Shown: positions 1 to 14,140 of the stretch, in pieces | Layout of the letters: each line of letters opens with the position of its first letter | How positions within the stretch are numbered: the stretch's first letter is position 1 | Assembly (NCBI RefSeq): GCF_018977255.1 | Contig: NW_024704742.1 | Span: 127,040,001-127,104,000 of the forward strand | Reading direction: 5' to 3' | DNA: 64,000 nucleotides | Source of the DNA: Callorhinchus milii | Lineage: Eukaryota | The notes under the pieces: model-generated | Told to the model about the DNA's origin: nothing | What the model saw: only the letters and a program-made list of their open reading frames with translations | Database searches by the model: none | Position numbers and translations under genes: made by a program

Positions 1-1070
1 CAGAGGTAGGGGGGAGCAAGACCATGGAGGGCTTTGAAGGTGAGGACCAGGATCTTGAATTGTACACTCTGTGTGATGGGAAGCCAGTGGAGTCGGGCGA
101 GGATGGGAGTGATAACCGAGCCTGGTGCGGGAGAGGACACAGGCTGCAGAGTTCTGGATGATCTGCAGCCTATGGAGGGAGGAGTTGGGAAGGCCGACAA
201 GCAACGAGTTTGCATATCAAGCCTCAATGTATTGAAAGCATGTATGAGGGTTTTGGCAGCCTACGGAGTGAGACAGTGGCGGAGTCGGGTGATGTTGCGG
301 AGGTGGGAGAAGGCAGAGCGGTTAATAGCACAGATGTGGAGTAAAAAGGATAGTTGAGGTTCAAACAAGACCCCAAGGTTCCGGACTGGCTTAGTAAGAT
401 GGAGTATGCAACCATGGATGGTGATTCTGTCAGTGCCTGAAGTGTGGAGGCACTGACAGGAGCCAATCAGGAGAACCTTGGTGTTGTTGACGTTCAACTG
501 ACGAAAATTAGCTCTCTTCCAGGACTTGATGTCTGACAGACATTCTGTCAGGACAGCAGTGGTCCTGGAAACAAGGGTGGAGGCAGAGAGGTACAGTTGG
601 GTGTCATTCACATACATATGGAAGATGACTCCATCTCTGAGGATGATGTCACTACGAGGGAGCATATAGATATTGAAGAGGAGGGGATCAAGGACAGAGC
701 CCTGAAGAACAGCACACAAGATGGTGCGGGGGCTAGATGAGAAACTGTTTATGGAGATGAAGTGGAGGCGGTGTGAGAGGTTAAGGAAGGAAAGGAGGCA
801 GAGGGAGCCCTGGTCACAGATGGATTGAATGTCATTTGTCACTTTGACCAGGGCTGTTTCTGTGCTGTGGGGGGTTCATGAAGGGAGTGGCGGGAGAGGA
901 AGGAGCAAAGCTGGCATCAACTTGTTCCAGGACCTTGGAGAAAAAAAAGTAGGTTGGAGATGGGGCAGTAGCTTTGAGAGTAGAGATGGGTTCAGGGAGG
1001 GTTTTTTAAGGATTGAAGTGATGACGGCCGTTTTTAATGGGGTGGAAACAGTACCAGTGGATAGGGAGAG
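1..1070 (-). mobile_element. L2-clade LINE ORF2 (RT) fragment, degenerate
   Basis: ORF 261-842 has QGSVLDPLLFNIYM, HMYVNDTQLY (YADD-like), VRNLGVLF. Confidence 0.9.
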
Positions 1071-1114
1071 GACTAATGGGGTGGTGTGGGGGGAGAGAGA
1101 TCCGGTCCTGTGAG

Positions 1115-2055
1115 CCCCTTAAAGGCAGAAATCATGTCACCTCTCAATCTTCTCTTTTCCAGCATGAACATGACCAATTTACTTAATCGCTCCTCATAGG
1201 CCAGTCCTTCCATTCCCTCAATCATTTTAGTTGCCCTCCTCTGTATTTTCTCAATTTCTCCAATATCCTTTTTTTACTGTGGCGACCAGAACTGTACACA
1301 GTTCTCTGTATGGTCTCACCAATGATTTATACAATGACAGGATTACCCTAGTACTTTGGCTTGCTATGGATCTTTTGATGCATCACAACATCTGCTTTGC
1401 TTTACTCACTGCCACAAGAGCATATTGGGAGAGCTTCAATTTATTGTCAATCAGGACCCCCAGGTCCTTTTCATTTTCCATACATATTATTTTCCTTCCA
1501 TTTAAATAATAGTCCCTTCCAGGACTTTTTGTGAAGTACTTTACATTTCTCCACATTGAATTTCATCTGCCACCGATCTGCCCAATTCCCAAGTATGTTC
1601 AAATCCTCCTGTAACCTACATTGTTCAGCTTCACAATCTTCGCAATCTACCACCTCCATTAGCTTGGTGTCTGCAAACGAATCGGTAAATTTAGCCACTG
1701 TACTTGTGACTCCTAGCTCCAGATTATTTATAAAAATACTTTTTTTAAAAAAGGTCCCAAAAGAGACCCTTCTGAAACTCCACTGGTAACATTTTCCCGG
1801 TCTGATGACATTCCCTGTCCCACCACCCACCCTCTGTGTTCTTCTGGGCAACCAATTGCGTATCCATTGTAATATACCTCCACTGATTCCCGCTTTCTTT
1901 ACTTTTAATACCAGCCTCTCCAGAGGAACTGTTTTCGAAGGCCTTACTGAAATCCAAACATACAACATCCACAGCCTTACCCTTATCAAGCTCCCTTGTC
2001 ATACTGTCAAAGAAAACCAGTAAATTGGATTGGCAAGACCTTCTCTTCTTGAACC
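1115..2055 (-). mobile_element. CR1-clade LINE RT fragment
   Basis: DKGKAVDVVCLDFSKAF, FADTKL, WADRWQMKFNVEKCKVLH across frameshifted ORFs. Confidence 0.9.
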
Positions 2056-2064
2056 AATTTGTTG

Positions 2065-2330
2065 CTGTTGTCTTCAGGCGGGATTTGAAGATGGGGAGGG
2101 AGGGGTCAAGGTGGAGGGATTAAGCCAGAGAGTTCCAGAGATTCGGTGTGGAGTGGCTGAAGGCACGGCCACTGATGGTGGAGCAGATGGGACAAAGGAG
2201 GCTGGAGCCAGCCGAGCAGAGGTAGCGGGTGGTGGAGTAGGAGATAAGCAGATCGGATAGGTTAGGGAGGTGCCAAGATCTTGTAATCAATTTGTTCGAT
2301 AATTGGGAGCCAGTGGAACCTGGCAAGGAC
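2065..2330 (-). mobile_element. L2 3' fragment
   Basis: GRAFSHSTPNLWNSL motif. Confidence 0.75.
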
Positions 2331-2918
2331 AAACCTTTCTTCTGCAATTAACAAACATGTGCACACGCACAAAACCAAGATTTTTTGAACAGGAAACGGC
2401 ATGTGATACTCCAGACATTCTTGAATAGATTTGCTATCAGCTACAACATCTGGTCTCAAACAATGAGCACTAGCTACATATCAAGTTATTCCATTGTAAC
2501 AAAAATACAGATTTTTTTAAAAAAAGGATGATGAAAACAACTTCCAGCAAATAGAGACAGACTGCATGGCAACGAAATAGCTGCTTAACTATTTTCCAAA
2601 TACTGTATGTCTTAGTCTGTACAGCACTGGCAACATCTTCACAATATTAGACAACGAAAGACCATTAAAATTAATTGCACATTTCGTTCATACAAACAAA
2701 ATTCTGGAATAGGTGCGGTCCAACCAATCAAAAGCTGGTAAAAAAAAACAGAAACAAGCTACTCAACATTGAAACTCAATGGTAAATTAGCTTTTCTCAT
2801 CAGACACTGTGATAAGACTTTATGGAGAAACTGTACTAGAAATTGATCCTTGGGGACCATAGCTCATTCGGTGCAACAAGAATGAGATAACAGCAAAGTT
2901 ATTACTGGCATTAAAAGA

Positions 2919-3062
2919 TAATAATAATCCTTGCATTTGATACAGCGCTTTTCACATCTTCTCAGCGTCTCAAAGCGCTTCACAGAATAGACTATAAAGT
3001 GAATTGACTGTATATTTGTGGGTGAAACGCGGCAGCCAATTGCGCACAGCAATTCTGCAAAT
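2919..3062 (-). mobile_element. SINE 3' fragment (tRNA-head/L2-tail family)
   Basis: Reverse complement of the tail seen at 55770-55900. Confidence 0.85.
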
Positions 3063-3909
3063 GTAAAGGTATAATGTTTCAAGTTCGACTTGTTTGCCCA
3101 TTGCTATTGAAGAGTCACAAGGGAATACTAAATCTTTCTTTTCCTGGTGCTCATCAGCCTCATTTCTTTTCCTGTGAATGTTAAGCATCTTTTTCAATTT
3201 CAGAAATAACAGCCTACCTCAGAGACCTCCCTGACCAACTGTATGTGGGTATTCGCCCCAAAACACAGTCACTCCACTTTACAGTATATCCTATGAAGCA
3301 CACTGGGATGAATACCTTCCTGTGAAAGACACTATACTAAATATAATGATTATTATTTTAACAATCCTCCAGATGCAAAAAAAAAAAAAATTCATTCATG
3401 ACTGCAGGCTGTCACGTTTCCCTATAAAGTGCACAATCACTACACTTTGAAGTGAATCCCATGAAGCACTTTGGCATGTTCCCCAATGTGAAAGACACGA
3501 TTTTACACGCAAATACTATTTTTAAATTTCCATATGTAGGTGGTATGCATGTGGGAAACTACCTAATTTGAACATTCAAGTATGGTGATGAATTTCTGCA
3601 TGTGTCTGATGCGGCAGACCAAAAGAAAGAACTATACAAATGCATGGGTATGGGTGTCAGCCACCGAATGTGGTGGTCTGGGAGATCTCTTGGGTAGTTT
3701 TTTTTTCACATGGGACACAATCTATCTTGAATGATGACTGGAAAGATTCTGGCCCTTTTACTGCCTCGTTGAAATTCTTTAAAGAACAGCAAGATTATCT
3801 CTGTTCTCCAATATCTGTAAAGACCAAGTTCCAGTTAAAGGACAGGAAACGGAGGATGAGAATTTGCTATTTGATGGGGTTGCTATTCACAATGCAGTGA
3901 TGAAAATAA

Positions 3910-4230
3910 TGGTGTCTCCCCCGGGGCCAGTGATAGCACCACTGTTTTTTTCCATTTATATAAATGATGATCTGGATTCTCGTATAAGGAGAACAATTTT
4001 CTAAGTTTGCAGATGACACGAAAATAGCGAGTATGGCTAACAGCGAAGAAGATTGTAAGCAGTTTCAGGGGGACATAGATAGATGACTTGATTAGTCAGA
4101 GAAATAGCAAATTAAATTTAATGGGATAATTGTGAGCATTTTGGGAGGAAGTATAAGGAGAACAAGTATATGTTGGGTGGTAAAATATTAAAAGGAGTAT
4201 AAGTGCAAATACTTGGGGGTTAATGTATAT
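3910..4230 (+). mobile_element. Degenerate CR1 RT remnant
   Basis: TCTAAGTTTGCAGATGACACGAAA encodes SKFADDTK. Confidence 0.7.
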
Positions 4231-5009
4231 AAATCCTTCCTCGATTGGCAGTTGGGCCTTCAGACTTTCTGTCCCTACTGTCTGGATCTCCATCTTGGTG
4301 TTCCTTCTTCTCACCCCTTCTCTCATCTCCTTCCACCTTTCCCAAATCCAACACTCAATTGTCCAGTGCAATCTTCCCGACATGAAAGACAATATATAAA
4401 TGCAATCTGTCATGGTTTTAAATGGCACTTTTGAACATGGCACTCAAACCTGGATATCAGCAGTTTCAGGAAACTTGGCCTTTCATTTATCCTCATGCCT
4501 TCCCTTTGGGAGCAGAGTAGTCTGCACTTAGCATCTTTGTATAATATAAAACAGATTGGAAGACAAACTAGATTATGCCCTGGAGCTACAAACTCTTCTC
4601 ACCATTTTCAGTTTGACTGCTGAATTACAAGATATTACTTTTTTTTAAATGAGAATGTATTAAAAAACAAGAAATTCATACTTAATGGTGGGGGTGGGGT
4701 AGAGGGGGAAGATATTAATGACAAATTTTATTCCACATTTTATTATATTGGCTCCACGTCCCTCAACAGATTGCATTCAAGATCATCATTCTCAAATCAA
4801 ATCCCTTGATGGTTTGACTCCACCTTTTATCTGCAAACTTCTTCATCCACACCAACCATGTCGTTACTACGCTTGGCCAACACCAGTCAACTCCACATCC
4901 ACAGCTCTATCAGCCCTACAACACTGCTGTGTTGTGCTTCAGCAACTTGGCTGAACTCCATTCTCAAGTCTCTCCGACTTGCTAGCTCACTCCCCTTTTA
5001 AGATACCAT

Positions 5010-5310
5010 AACAAGATTACATTTGTATAGCGCCTTTCACGTCGGGAGGACGTCCCAAGGCGTTGGACAGTGTACAGCATTTCAGACCCGAGCTGGGGTC
5101 AGGGGGAGAGAAGGGAGGGGAGGGAAAGGGGGGTGGCCGATGGCATGGTCGAAGAGGAGGGTTTTGAGGCGGGACTTGAAGGAGGCTAAGGAGGGGACGA
5201 GGCGGAGTGATTGGGGGATGGAATTCCAGAGGTTGGGGGCAGAGTGGCTGAAGGCTCTCCCGCCAATGGTGGGGCGGGTGGGTCGGGAGACGTGAAGCAG
5301 GCCAGAGCAT
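5010..5310 (-). mobile_element. L2 3' end
   Basis: GGRAFSHSAPNLWNSIP and FKSRLKTLLF plus the conserved terminal sequence. Confidence 0.88.
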
Positions 5311-5599
5311 CTTGGCAGAACATTTTCTGTCATTGTTTTCTTCCTCACGTGCCTCAGTGCCAATACCCACCCGGAACTGTCAAGTGATTAGGGACATTCT
5401 CCCAATGTAAGTGTGAATTCTGTGGCATAGTACCAAAGATCATTCCATCCAAAAGTAAAAATTTGCAAGTGAAAATGAAATGTTAATTGAAAAATCCTCA
5501 TTTTCTTTAGTAAAGTAAAACCAGTTCAAGTTATCTTGGACGTCATATGACATTAGTAACACTTTTCATGAACATTCTGCGACAGACAGAGATCTAATG

Positions 5600-6070
5600 T
5601 TACTCGACTTTTCAAATGCCCTCATCACCGGTCTCCGCAGATTCACCATACACAGGATCTAGCTGATCCAAAACTCTGTCACCCACATACTCACCCACAC
5701 TTAACTCCGTACCCCCATCACAGCAACTCTGTCTCCCTATCGCTGAATGGATCAATTTCAAGATCCTAATACTCGTTTCAAATCGCACTTGCCTAACTCT
5801 CCGACCTGCATACCCCCCAACCCATTGCCTCCGCTCGACTGGCTCTGGCCTTCTGCATGTCCCTCATGCCCTCCGTTCCACCATTGGTGGCCGCGCCTTC
5901 AGCCACTTCACCCTGAAACTCTGGAATACTCTTCCTCTATCCCTTCTCCTTGCACCTTCCTTCCCCATTTTCAAGTGGCACCTGAAGACCTTCCGATTCT
6001 TCCACTGTCAAAGGCTTTGTGACGCTATTCCGAATGAGGGGCATTATATAAATGCAAGTTGTTATTGTTG
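5600..6070 (+). mobile_element. Older L2 3' fragment
   Basis: CCAAAACTC, GCCTTCAGCC, CTCTGGAA landmarks and an ATAAATGCAAGTTGTT tail. Confidence 0.7.
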
Positions 6071-7059
6071 TACTGCCCATGGCAAATATCAATATTCTAA
6101 AAAGTGCAAATTAGCATTGATCTCATACTAACAACTGAAACAAACAGTTTATTGAAAATCACACCTATGCACCAAAAACTTTATTTAACATTGTGCTTTA
6201 ATATTAATGTCTACATTAACCAGTTAATTTGAGCCTGCCTCAGATCAACGTGTTGTAAATCGTTCGCAACTCCCAGGTATTGTATATTCATATTCTAATA
6301 ATCCTCATGTGTATTTGATGTAGCACCTTTCACAGGAGGAGCGACATCCCAAAGCTCTTCAGAGGATTCACTTCAGTGTGTAGCAACTATGTATTTTGTA
6401 GACAAATGAACATTCTTCACAATGTTTGAAATCTTGTTCCAGACAATTGGGAAGCATCTTTGTTACAGTGGTTGAAATCACAATTTCTTTGAATTTAAAG
6501 ATGTTGGATTTAAACATAAATTTATCGACTGCATATATCAGTAAGTACTACTATGTGCTTGATTCTGATGAAATGATCTTAAATACAAGTGTTTTCCGAA
6601 ATTCAATATTCCAGCTGCTAATGAAACCAGTTCTCCAGTAAAATAAAAACCATCAATAAATGAACATTTCCCCACCTGTGCTAAAATAATCTCCTCACTG
6701 AATTTTAATTTAACTGGATATTAGATTCTTAAAAAAGAGAACCTGACTAATTAGTTAATATAAATTAAATATGGAGAACTAATTACAATGGCTGATATAA
6801 GTATTCATCATGCTTGAATCTCTTAATCGTTATGAACAGGAACTTTTATATTCCCACTTGAGCTCCAATTCAATTGCTTTAGCTACCACGGTGCTACTCA
6901 CTACCACGGTGCTGCTCAATGCTACAACAAACCACTCAGACAGATCTAACACTTAAATCTGGTATTCAATTCATGTGAATGTTTCTGCCTCAAATGTGAT
7001 TTTAAACAGGATAATTGACACAAAGATAGTATTGACCTGCAAACCCATTGGAGTGGAAT

Positions 7060-7329
7060 GTTTCAATTCCAGGCAGAGGGTGAAACCTTGGGCAAGTTTC
7101 CTTACTCCACACAGAGCCTAATAATAATCCCTCCAAAACCAAAAACAATAATAAATTGGTCATTTTCAATCTACGACTGTTTGTGGGACATTGCTGTGCG
7201 CAATTGGCTGCCGCGTTTGCCCACAAATATACAGTCAATTCACTTTACAGTGTGTTCTGTGAAGCGCTTTGGGACGTCCTCCCGACGTGAAAAGCGCTAT
7301 ATCAAATGCAAGGATTATTATTATTATTA
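7060..7329 (+). mobile_element. SINE, short subfamily, 5'-truncated
   Basis: Near-identical to 55631-55903; (TTA)n tail. Confidence 0.9.
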
Positions 7330-8706
7330 ACTATTGACAAACTATGTAAAGAGAGAACAGCAAAGGTAACACTGGAAATGTGATGATGGGTTGCACCCAA
7401 AATGCTAACATCTCCTTCAGATGCTGATTGACCCGCTGTACATGTTCAGTACAGTATTTCTATTTTGATTGAAACAGATTGAAACACTGTTAGTCTGCCT
7501 GACATTTGCACAGCACTGTGGGAAACTCATTTCAAACTTAATCATGTTTACAATGGGTTTTGATATTCAATTATCCAAATAATTGGTCGGCACGGAAATA
7601 CAGTGCACAATATTACATTTAGCTGCACTTTTGTTACACAAAACACAAGTATTGCTGGTGATCTTTTCTACACATTTCTGGCCTTCAAAAATGTTTCAAC
7701 TTGCTGGATTGTTTACTAAAAAGCATAATTACATTTCCGTTTTGCTCAGTTCAACAACCTAGTTGTCAAACAAAAGTAGCCCCACCATTTAGCTCAACAT
7801 ATCATTTCACACTGCAACACTACTATTCTTGGTCAAATAGTTGTGCATGTATAGAGCTTTACTTGGCCCTCAACAGAAGGATTCAAAGTAGGGACACAGC
7901 AAGAACGCTTTGTAATTTACAATTAAAATAGTGTATTTAGATTAAGGTGAATAAACTATTAATATTCCAATCTGTATTGTAAACAAACCTCCACTTATTG
8001 GATGTTAAATGACCAAATATTGACTATTCTGATGCTCTTTTTCCATCATATATATTATATACTGTATTCTCACATAACAACATCAGCCGTATACATGGAG
8101 CCGTTATCCAATTCTCTCTCTATACTTTAATAAACATTACCTTTGATAAAGCACCATTCACATCAGGAGGACGTCTCAAAGCGCTTCACAGGATTTTACT
8201 GTGAAGTGTATTCACTGTATTCTGCAGGCAAATATCACACTGATTTGCACCCAGCAATGTCCCATAAACAGCCATGAAGAGAATAACCCAGGATAATACC
8301 CAGAGAAACTAGTTTATTTTTAATGCATTGGAATCTTTAACATCTAGTTCAACAATGTAACATCTCATGTGAAGGACAGTACCTCTAACGTGGAAGTGCT
8401 GAGAATGCTTGCAATAGTTTTTCATGCAAAACTGATGGCAAAATGTGGCAAGAATACCTTTTTATCCTCAACTTTAACAACGAGGTTGAAAAGCAGCCCT
8501 TCGTAATGGGACTCATTTGTAACAATTCAGTCGTTAAGGGGAATATTATCAATATTTCACAACCAACTCCCAGATTTGTCGCTCCTAAATACTGTAACTG
8601 CTGGATTCCTGCTAGTCCCCATACTGCTGGTAAATAGATTGCCCATTAATGATCAAGTCATTATTCAATACACTTGTTGTAAACTGCTCATTTTCCAACT
8701 CCACTA

Positions 8707-8892
8707 TTATAATAATAATAATCCTTGCATTTGATATAGCGCTTTTCACGTCGGGAAGACGTCCCAAAGCGCTTCACAGAACACACTGTAAAGTGAATTG
8801 ACTGTATAATTGTGGGCGAACGCGGCAGCCAATTGCGCACAGCAATGTCCCACAAACAGTCTTAGATTGAAAATGACCAATTTATTATTGTT
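8707..8892 (-). mobile_element. SINE 3' part
   Basis: Near-perfect reverse complement of ~7145-7329. Confidence 0.9.
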
Positions 8893-9529
8893 ATATCCTA
8901 AAATAGAGAAATTTTGTTCCCATAAACTATTTTTTTCCTGACTGCACGATCAAGCAACAATAGTTACCAAGCCTTCCAATGAGTTACCTGGCAATCAAAG
9001 TCCAAACTGCATTGTTCCATTCGCATTTGCTTTTCCAAGTAAAATACACAAGTAATTAATACTGACCCAATAGTCTCTTTGGTAATTATCTCTCTGGCAT
9101 CAGGGAGATGGACTGCATTCAGCAAAGCTTCATGCTTCAAAGCACGAGTGCTTGAAGTCATTGTTATAATTAATACTCAATAGGTCATTCCCATTATTAA
9201 ACTGTTCAATGGAACCATTGTACGGTTATATTGTTTGTATCAGACCATACTGATTCTGCAGTACAACATAGAAGAGTAATTTGAGATACAGTATTCTGCG
9301 GGAGAGATATGAGCAGTTCCATTGACAATCTTATTTCTAATTGTAAGCAGCAAAGCTAGAAAGTTCAATACCTGTTAATTATTTTAAATTCAAAAACTAA
9401 CACCATATACTTGTGGGATATCCCACTACAATCAATCACTGGTCACACCACAAACAGTTCTGCAGGAGATTGTAAATGACTACGACTAATAAAGTTTATT
9501 TTAATCCACAAAATTAAACACCCAAATGT

Positions 9530-9962
9530 TTCCCTCCTCATCCTCACCTACAAGGCCATTCACGGCCTTGCTCCCTCCTACCTCTCTGACCTACTATCCC
9601 CCTACTTACCTGCCCGTACCCTCCGTTCCTCTGGCTCCGGTCTGCTCCACATCCCCCGCCCTAACCGCCCTACCATTGGTGACCGGGCCTTCAGCCTCTC
9701 AGCCCTGAGGCTCTGGAACTCCATCCCCCAGTGCCTTCGCCGCCTCCTCCCTTTCCTCCTTCAAGGCCGGTCTCAAGACCTTTCTCTTTGACCGTGCCTT
9801 CAGCTCCCCTCTTGACTCTCTACCCCCTCCTCGCTCCCTCCCTTCCCTACCCTTACCCTGACCATTTCCTCCCTGCTCCGGTCCTGACCCAACTGTACAG
9901 CGCCTTGGGACGTCCTCCCGACATGAAAGGCGCTCTATAAATGGAATCTTGTTGTTGTTGTT
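9530..9962 (+). mobile_element. L2 3' end
   Basis: GCCTTCAGCC, CTCTGGAACTCC, terminal GGGACGTCCTCCCGACATGAAAGGCGCT and (TTG)n tail. Confidence 0.88.
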
Positions 9963-10954
9963 CCCTGGGAATATACACATCTATCTTGGTAAATTCAATA
10001 AAAAAACAGGGATTTAGCAACATAAAATGAAGCCAGATGCAGTTATACTTTTTAAATATTAAATACTACATTTACAGATTGTGACAAATTCTATCAATCG
10101 TTTCATGCTAAGAACAGACATGTGATGCACCTACATTCTGAAACCCACCTCCCTGCACTGGCAGTTCTGAGAATATACATTTAACTGAGCGAATATACTA
10201 GCAACGCAGCAAGGAGTTTCAAGAAGTGCACACCATCATGGTGGTCAAACAAAAATGGCAAAATAATAAATATTTAAAATATGAAATTTGAATTACTTTA
10301 CCAATTGACTAACTAAAACAAAACGGGTATTTATCGGTGAAAACCAATAAAGGCCCTCCATCCCAACAAGTGCACTCCTTCAAACACAAAATTTGTTCCC
10401 ATGTCCATTCACTCACTGCGTGTGGACACTATGTTTTAATTTGTTGACATTATTTGCGACATGTCAACATAAAATTATATGGATAAATATTATTCAGATA
10501 TCTCATTACATATCAGTATAATAAATAAATAAATAAATAAATACATCCCTGGCAAATTAAGCCTAATTGGATAGATTTAGTTTACTTGATACATATTAAA
10601 ACATTTAAAGTAGCTGAATAAACATTGACTTATCATAGTTATCAAGAGATGATTTTTATTGATGAGGTTAGGTCCCTGCTCTTTGATGGCAAACTGGTTG
10701 CTCAGAGTACATTGTTTACTGCAAGGTTTTCTGTAGCACGCATGATTGGAGTTGAAACATTCAGAGTACTTTCTAAGTCCAAAAAATAAACTACTTTTTG
10801 TTTTTTAAAAAAAAGTCTTGTGGACAGTATTCCACAGCTAAATAATTCAGTCCCATGACTGTAACACACAAACTGAATTTGTTGTTTCCTTTCCCCATTT
10901 TCAGGAACAAAGGGCATGCATTGTTTTTTTAACCCATGTTCGCCACACAAGTCT

Positions 10955-11370
10955 TTCCACTCAGCACTCTCCTCAGAGTCAAAAGGTTGTGTGTTCAAAG
11001 CCTATGTTATGTAACTCATAGGAAAGCTGACACTCCAATATATTTCTGGGGCGGGTTGCAAGTTTGGAGTTATGGTTGGAGTCTCTCCTTTGGATGAGTC
11101 ATTAAACCGAGGCCCTGTCTACTGTTCAGATGGACGGTAAAGATCCCATCACGCTATCAGAAAAGATAAAGGGAGTTTCTCCCCTGACCAACAACCCCCC
11201 AAATAAAATTGATTCACTTCATGGCTGTTTGTGGGATATTGCTGTGGACAAATTGGCTGCTGCATTCACCCACAAAAAAAGTCATTGCTCTTTACAGTGT
11301 ATCCAGTGAAGCAATTTGAGACATCCTCCTAATGTGAAAGGCACTATACCAAATGTAATATTTATTATTA
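10955..11370 (+). mobile_element. Old Deu-domain SINE (SacSINE1/AmnSINE1-like)
   Basis: GATGAGTCATTAAACCGAGGCCCTGTCT...AAAGATCCCAT resembles the recalled Deu domain; L2-like tail. Confidence 0.7.
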
Positions 11371-11464
11371 TTTCTAAGGCTTCTCTTGGCTAGATAGCAC
11401 GAGGTCACACCACTGGCCTGGTGAGGATCTTGATTTCGATTTAGAATTCAATTATTTCCATACT

Positions 11465-11767
11465 TAATAATAATAATAATCCTTGCATTTGATACAGCGC
11501 TTTTTCACGTCTTCTAGACATCTCAAAGAGCTTCACAGAGTATACTGTAAAGTGAATTGACTGTATATTTGTGGGCGCCAATTGCACACAGCAGTGTCTC
11601 ACAAACAGTCGTGGATTGAAGTGACCAATTTTATTGCTTTTTTTCTTGAGGGATTATTATTAGGCGGGTGGAGTAAGGAAACTTGCCCAAGGTTTCAGCC
11701 TGCCAGGAATCGAACCCAGGTCTCTCACTTGCAAGGCGAGTGCTCTAACCACTGAGCTGCAGGACTC
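11465..11767 (-). mobile_element. SINE, full length, short subfamily
   Basis: tRNA-like head with A/B boxes at ~11700-11767, (TTA)n tail. Confidence 0.88.
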
Positions 11768-11989
11768 CTTGTGCTTAAAAACATATTTTAATGGAAAAGA
11801 GAACGCAATTTTGGCACCTTTGTATGTTTTATCCAAGTATGTTCTCCACACAAGCTTCTACTAATTGTTGCTCACTACTATTCTCAACTCCAAACCCAAC
11901 TACATGAACTGGAAAAAAGATATTTGACCACAAAAGCAGTCCAAGATGTGGTTTTCTTTAAGCATAAGCTTGGTTCATGTAACTATCCC

Positions 11990-12612
11990 TCCATGGTCTC
12001 CCCACCTACCCCATCTCTGCAGCCTCTTTCACCCTGACCAACCCAACTGTTCCCTTCGTTCGTCTGACACTGCCTGCTCCACTTCCCCCAGTATCCACCC
12101 CATCATCAATGAGTGGGCTTTCAGCCACCTTGCACCTGGAATTCCGTTCTGACTTCTCTCCCTCCCCTCTTTCACAGCACTCCTCAAAATATCTCTTTAA
12201 CCAGTGCCGAGTCAGAATTGTCAAGCACTTTCGGGACATTCTCCTAACGTACAAGTGTGAATAGTATTGTCACTTTTTGATTTCAAGATCCTCACGCTCG
12301 CCTACAAATTGTTTCATGCTCCAGCACCTCCGGATCTCTCCAATCTGCTCGGACCCCATTCCTCAACCCGGCCCCATCACTCAGTTGGTTCAGGCTTTCT
12401 GCGCATCCAGCCACTATACCCTGAACCTCTGGCATTCCCTACCTCAACCCCTCTTGCTTGTCCCTTCTTTGCAAGTCTTCAGATTGCCATCTTAAGACTA
12501 TCCTCTTAAACTGCCTATAGTCACCTCCCTCACTCATGTCAAACTATGCTATTGTTAAGTGCTCGAAGTCGCCACTCCACGTTAAGGATGATATATAAAT
12601 CCAAGTTGTTAT
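11990..12612 (+). mobile_element. Two adjacent degenerate L2 3' fragments
   Basis: GCTTTCAGCCAC, TTCAAGATCCTC, CTCTGG landmarks and tail-like ends. Confidence 0.6.
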
Positions 12613-13769
12613 AACTTTGGTGTCATTCTGCACCATGTACATCAGTTCCTCACCTTGCCCCTCAATAAAAAAAGGTGGATGAAACTTCACTTACCACTGC
12701 CTTCGCATATTTCTTCAACACATCAGAGTGAGGCCTTATAGACATATAGTGCTAGTTTTTCAATCTCTTTCATTCTACTACTGATGGGCATGGCTTCAGC
12801 CACTGCTCCCTCAACTCTTTGCAACATTCCAGGAAATCCTTGGCCTTGTACCTCCACTCCATTAATTCAAAACACCTAAAAAAATCTATTTCTTTGACAT
12901 TACCTTTGGTCCATAACCTTCAAATTTGCCTCTCCTGCTCAGCAACTACTGATCATAAACCTCTTTGAGGTGTTCATTCTATGTGAAGGGATGTACACAA
13001 TTGCAGCTTTTATATCTCACAAGTTAACCTACAAGACCGACACTTGCAGCATTCATGAATTATATCCAGCATCAAGCAATAGTTTTTTTCTCAAATAAAA
13101 TCCGATGGCAAACAATCATTTGAGTACATTTGAGTACACGCCACTTATAAACTTTTACACAAAAATGTTTATGAATATGGATATTTTTAAAATATTGACT
13201 ATGAATATATTCAAACCTTCGCTGGTCTGAAAGTGTTCGCTATTTCTTCCATGTACATGGTACATTGTGTATCAAGCGAAAAGAAAACAATCAGATCCCA
13301 GGCTGACCTCATTTACTCAGTCTGACTCCATGACAACTGAATTTGACAGCAAAACTGTACTGTTATTATCAACACAGTAACCTGCCCGATGCTTACAAAC
13401 AAAAAGCCAGTAGTGCCTCAACTGACAAAAACAGCATTGAAAACAGTGCAAATGTCCCTCTCAATATATAGCTCAACTGAACTGTACTCTAAATACTGTA
13501 TTTGAAATGCATAAAGAACAAATCTTACAATCCACCCACATGAGTATATTTTATCAATTTACTTTATAAATGACCTCAAGTGGTATAAATATTTGAGCTT
13601 CTCTCTGGAGAATAAAAAAATCTTAATTTATCCTTCTTGGCTAAAAAAACTATTACTGACCCATGAATAAACAGATCCTAATTTTAGCACTGGCATCATC
13701 CTCTGAGGCTCAGTTACATGTTCCAATATATAGGGCTGCATTTTGAATAATATATTGTTGAAATAAACA

Positions 13770-14140
13770 CCAACAGCAACAACTTGGATTTATATAGTGC
13801 CCTCCACGCCGGACGACGTCTCAGAGCGCTTCACAGTAATGGATCTCAGGGCCCAGCCAAGGGGAGGGGGGTGGGGGGTGCGGGGAAGGTGACCAAAGAC
13901 GCGGTCGAAAAGAAAGGTCTTCAGCCGAGACCTGAAAACAGGAAGAGGGGGCGAGGCGAAGGGAGTAAGGAAGGGAGTTCCAGAGCCTCAGGGCGTAGTG
14001 GCAGAAGGCACGGCTGCCAATGGTGAAGAGGAGGATTCGGGGGACAACGAGGAGGCCAGACCTGGTGTAGCGAAGGCAATGGGCACTGTTGTGAGGAGAG
14101 AGGTCAGAGAGGAAGGGGGGTGCAGAGGAGTGGAGGGATT
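13770..14140 (-). mobile_element. L2 3' end
   Basis: (CAA)n start, ATATAGTGCCCTCCACG, GAGTTCCAGAG landmarks. Confidence 0.75.

Noticed and set aside
261..2002. RT ORFs as active retroelements or a retron-like system
   Set aside because: Truncated, frameshifted L2/CR1 relics with damaged catalytic motifs.
4445..4490. Minus-strand AAGGCCAAGTTT (KAKF) as unc13b exon 2
   Set aside because: No AG acceptor at the required position and the following residues do not fit.
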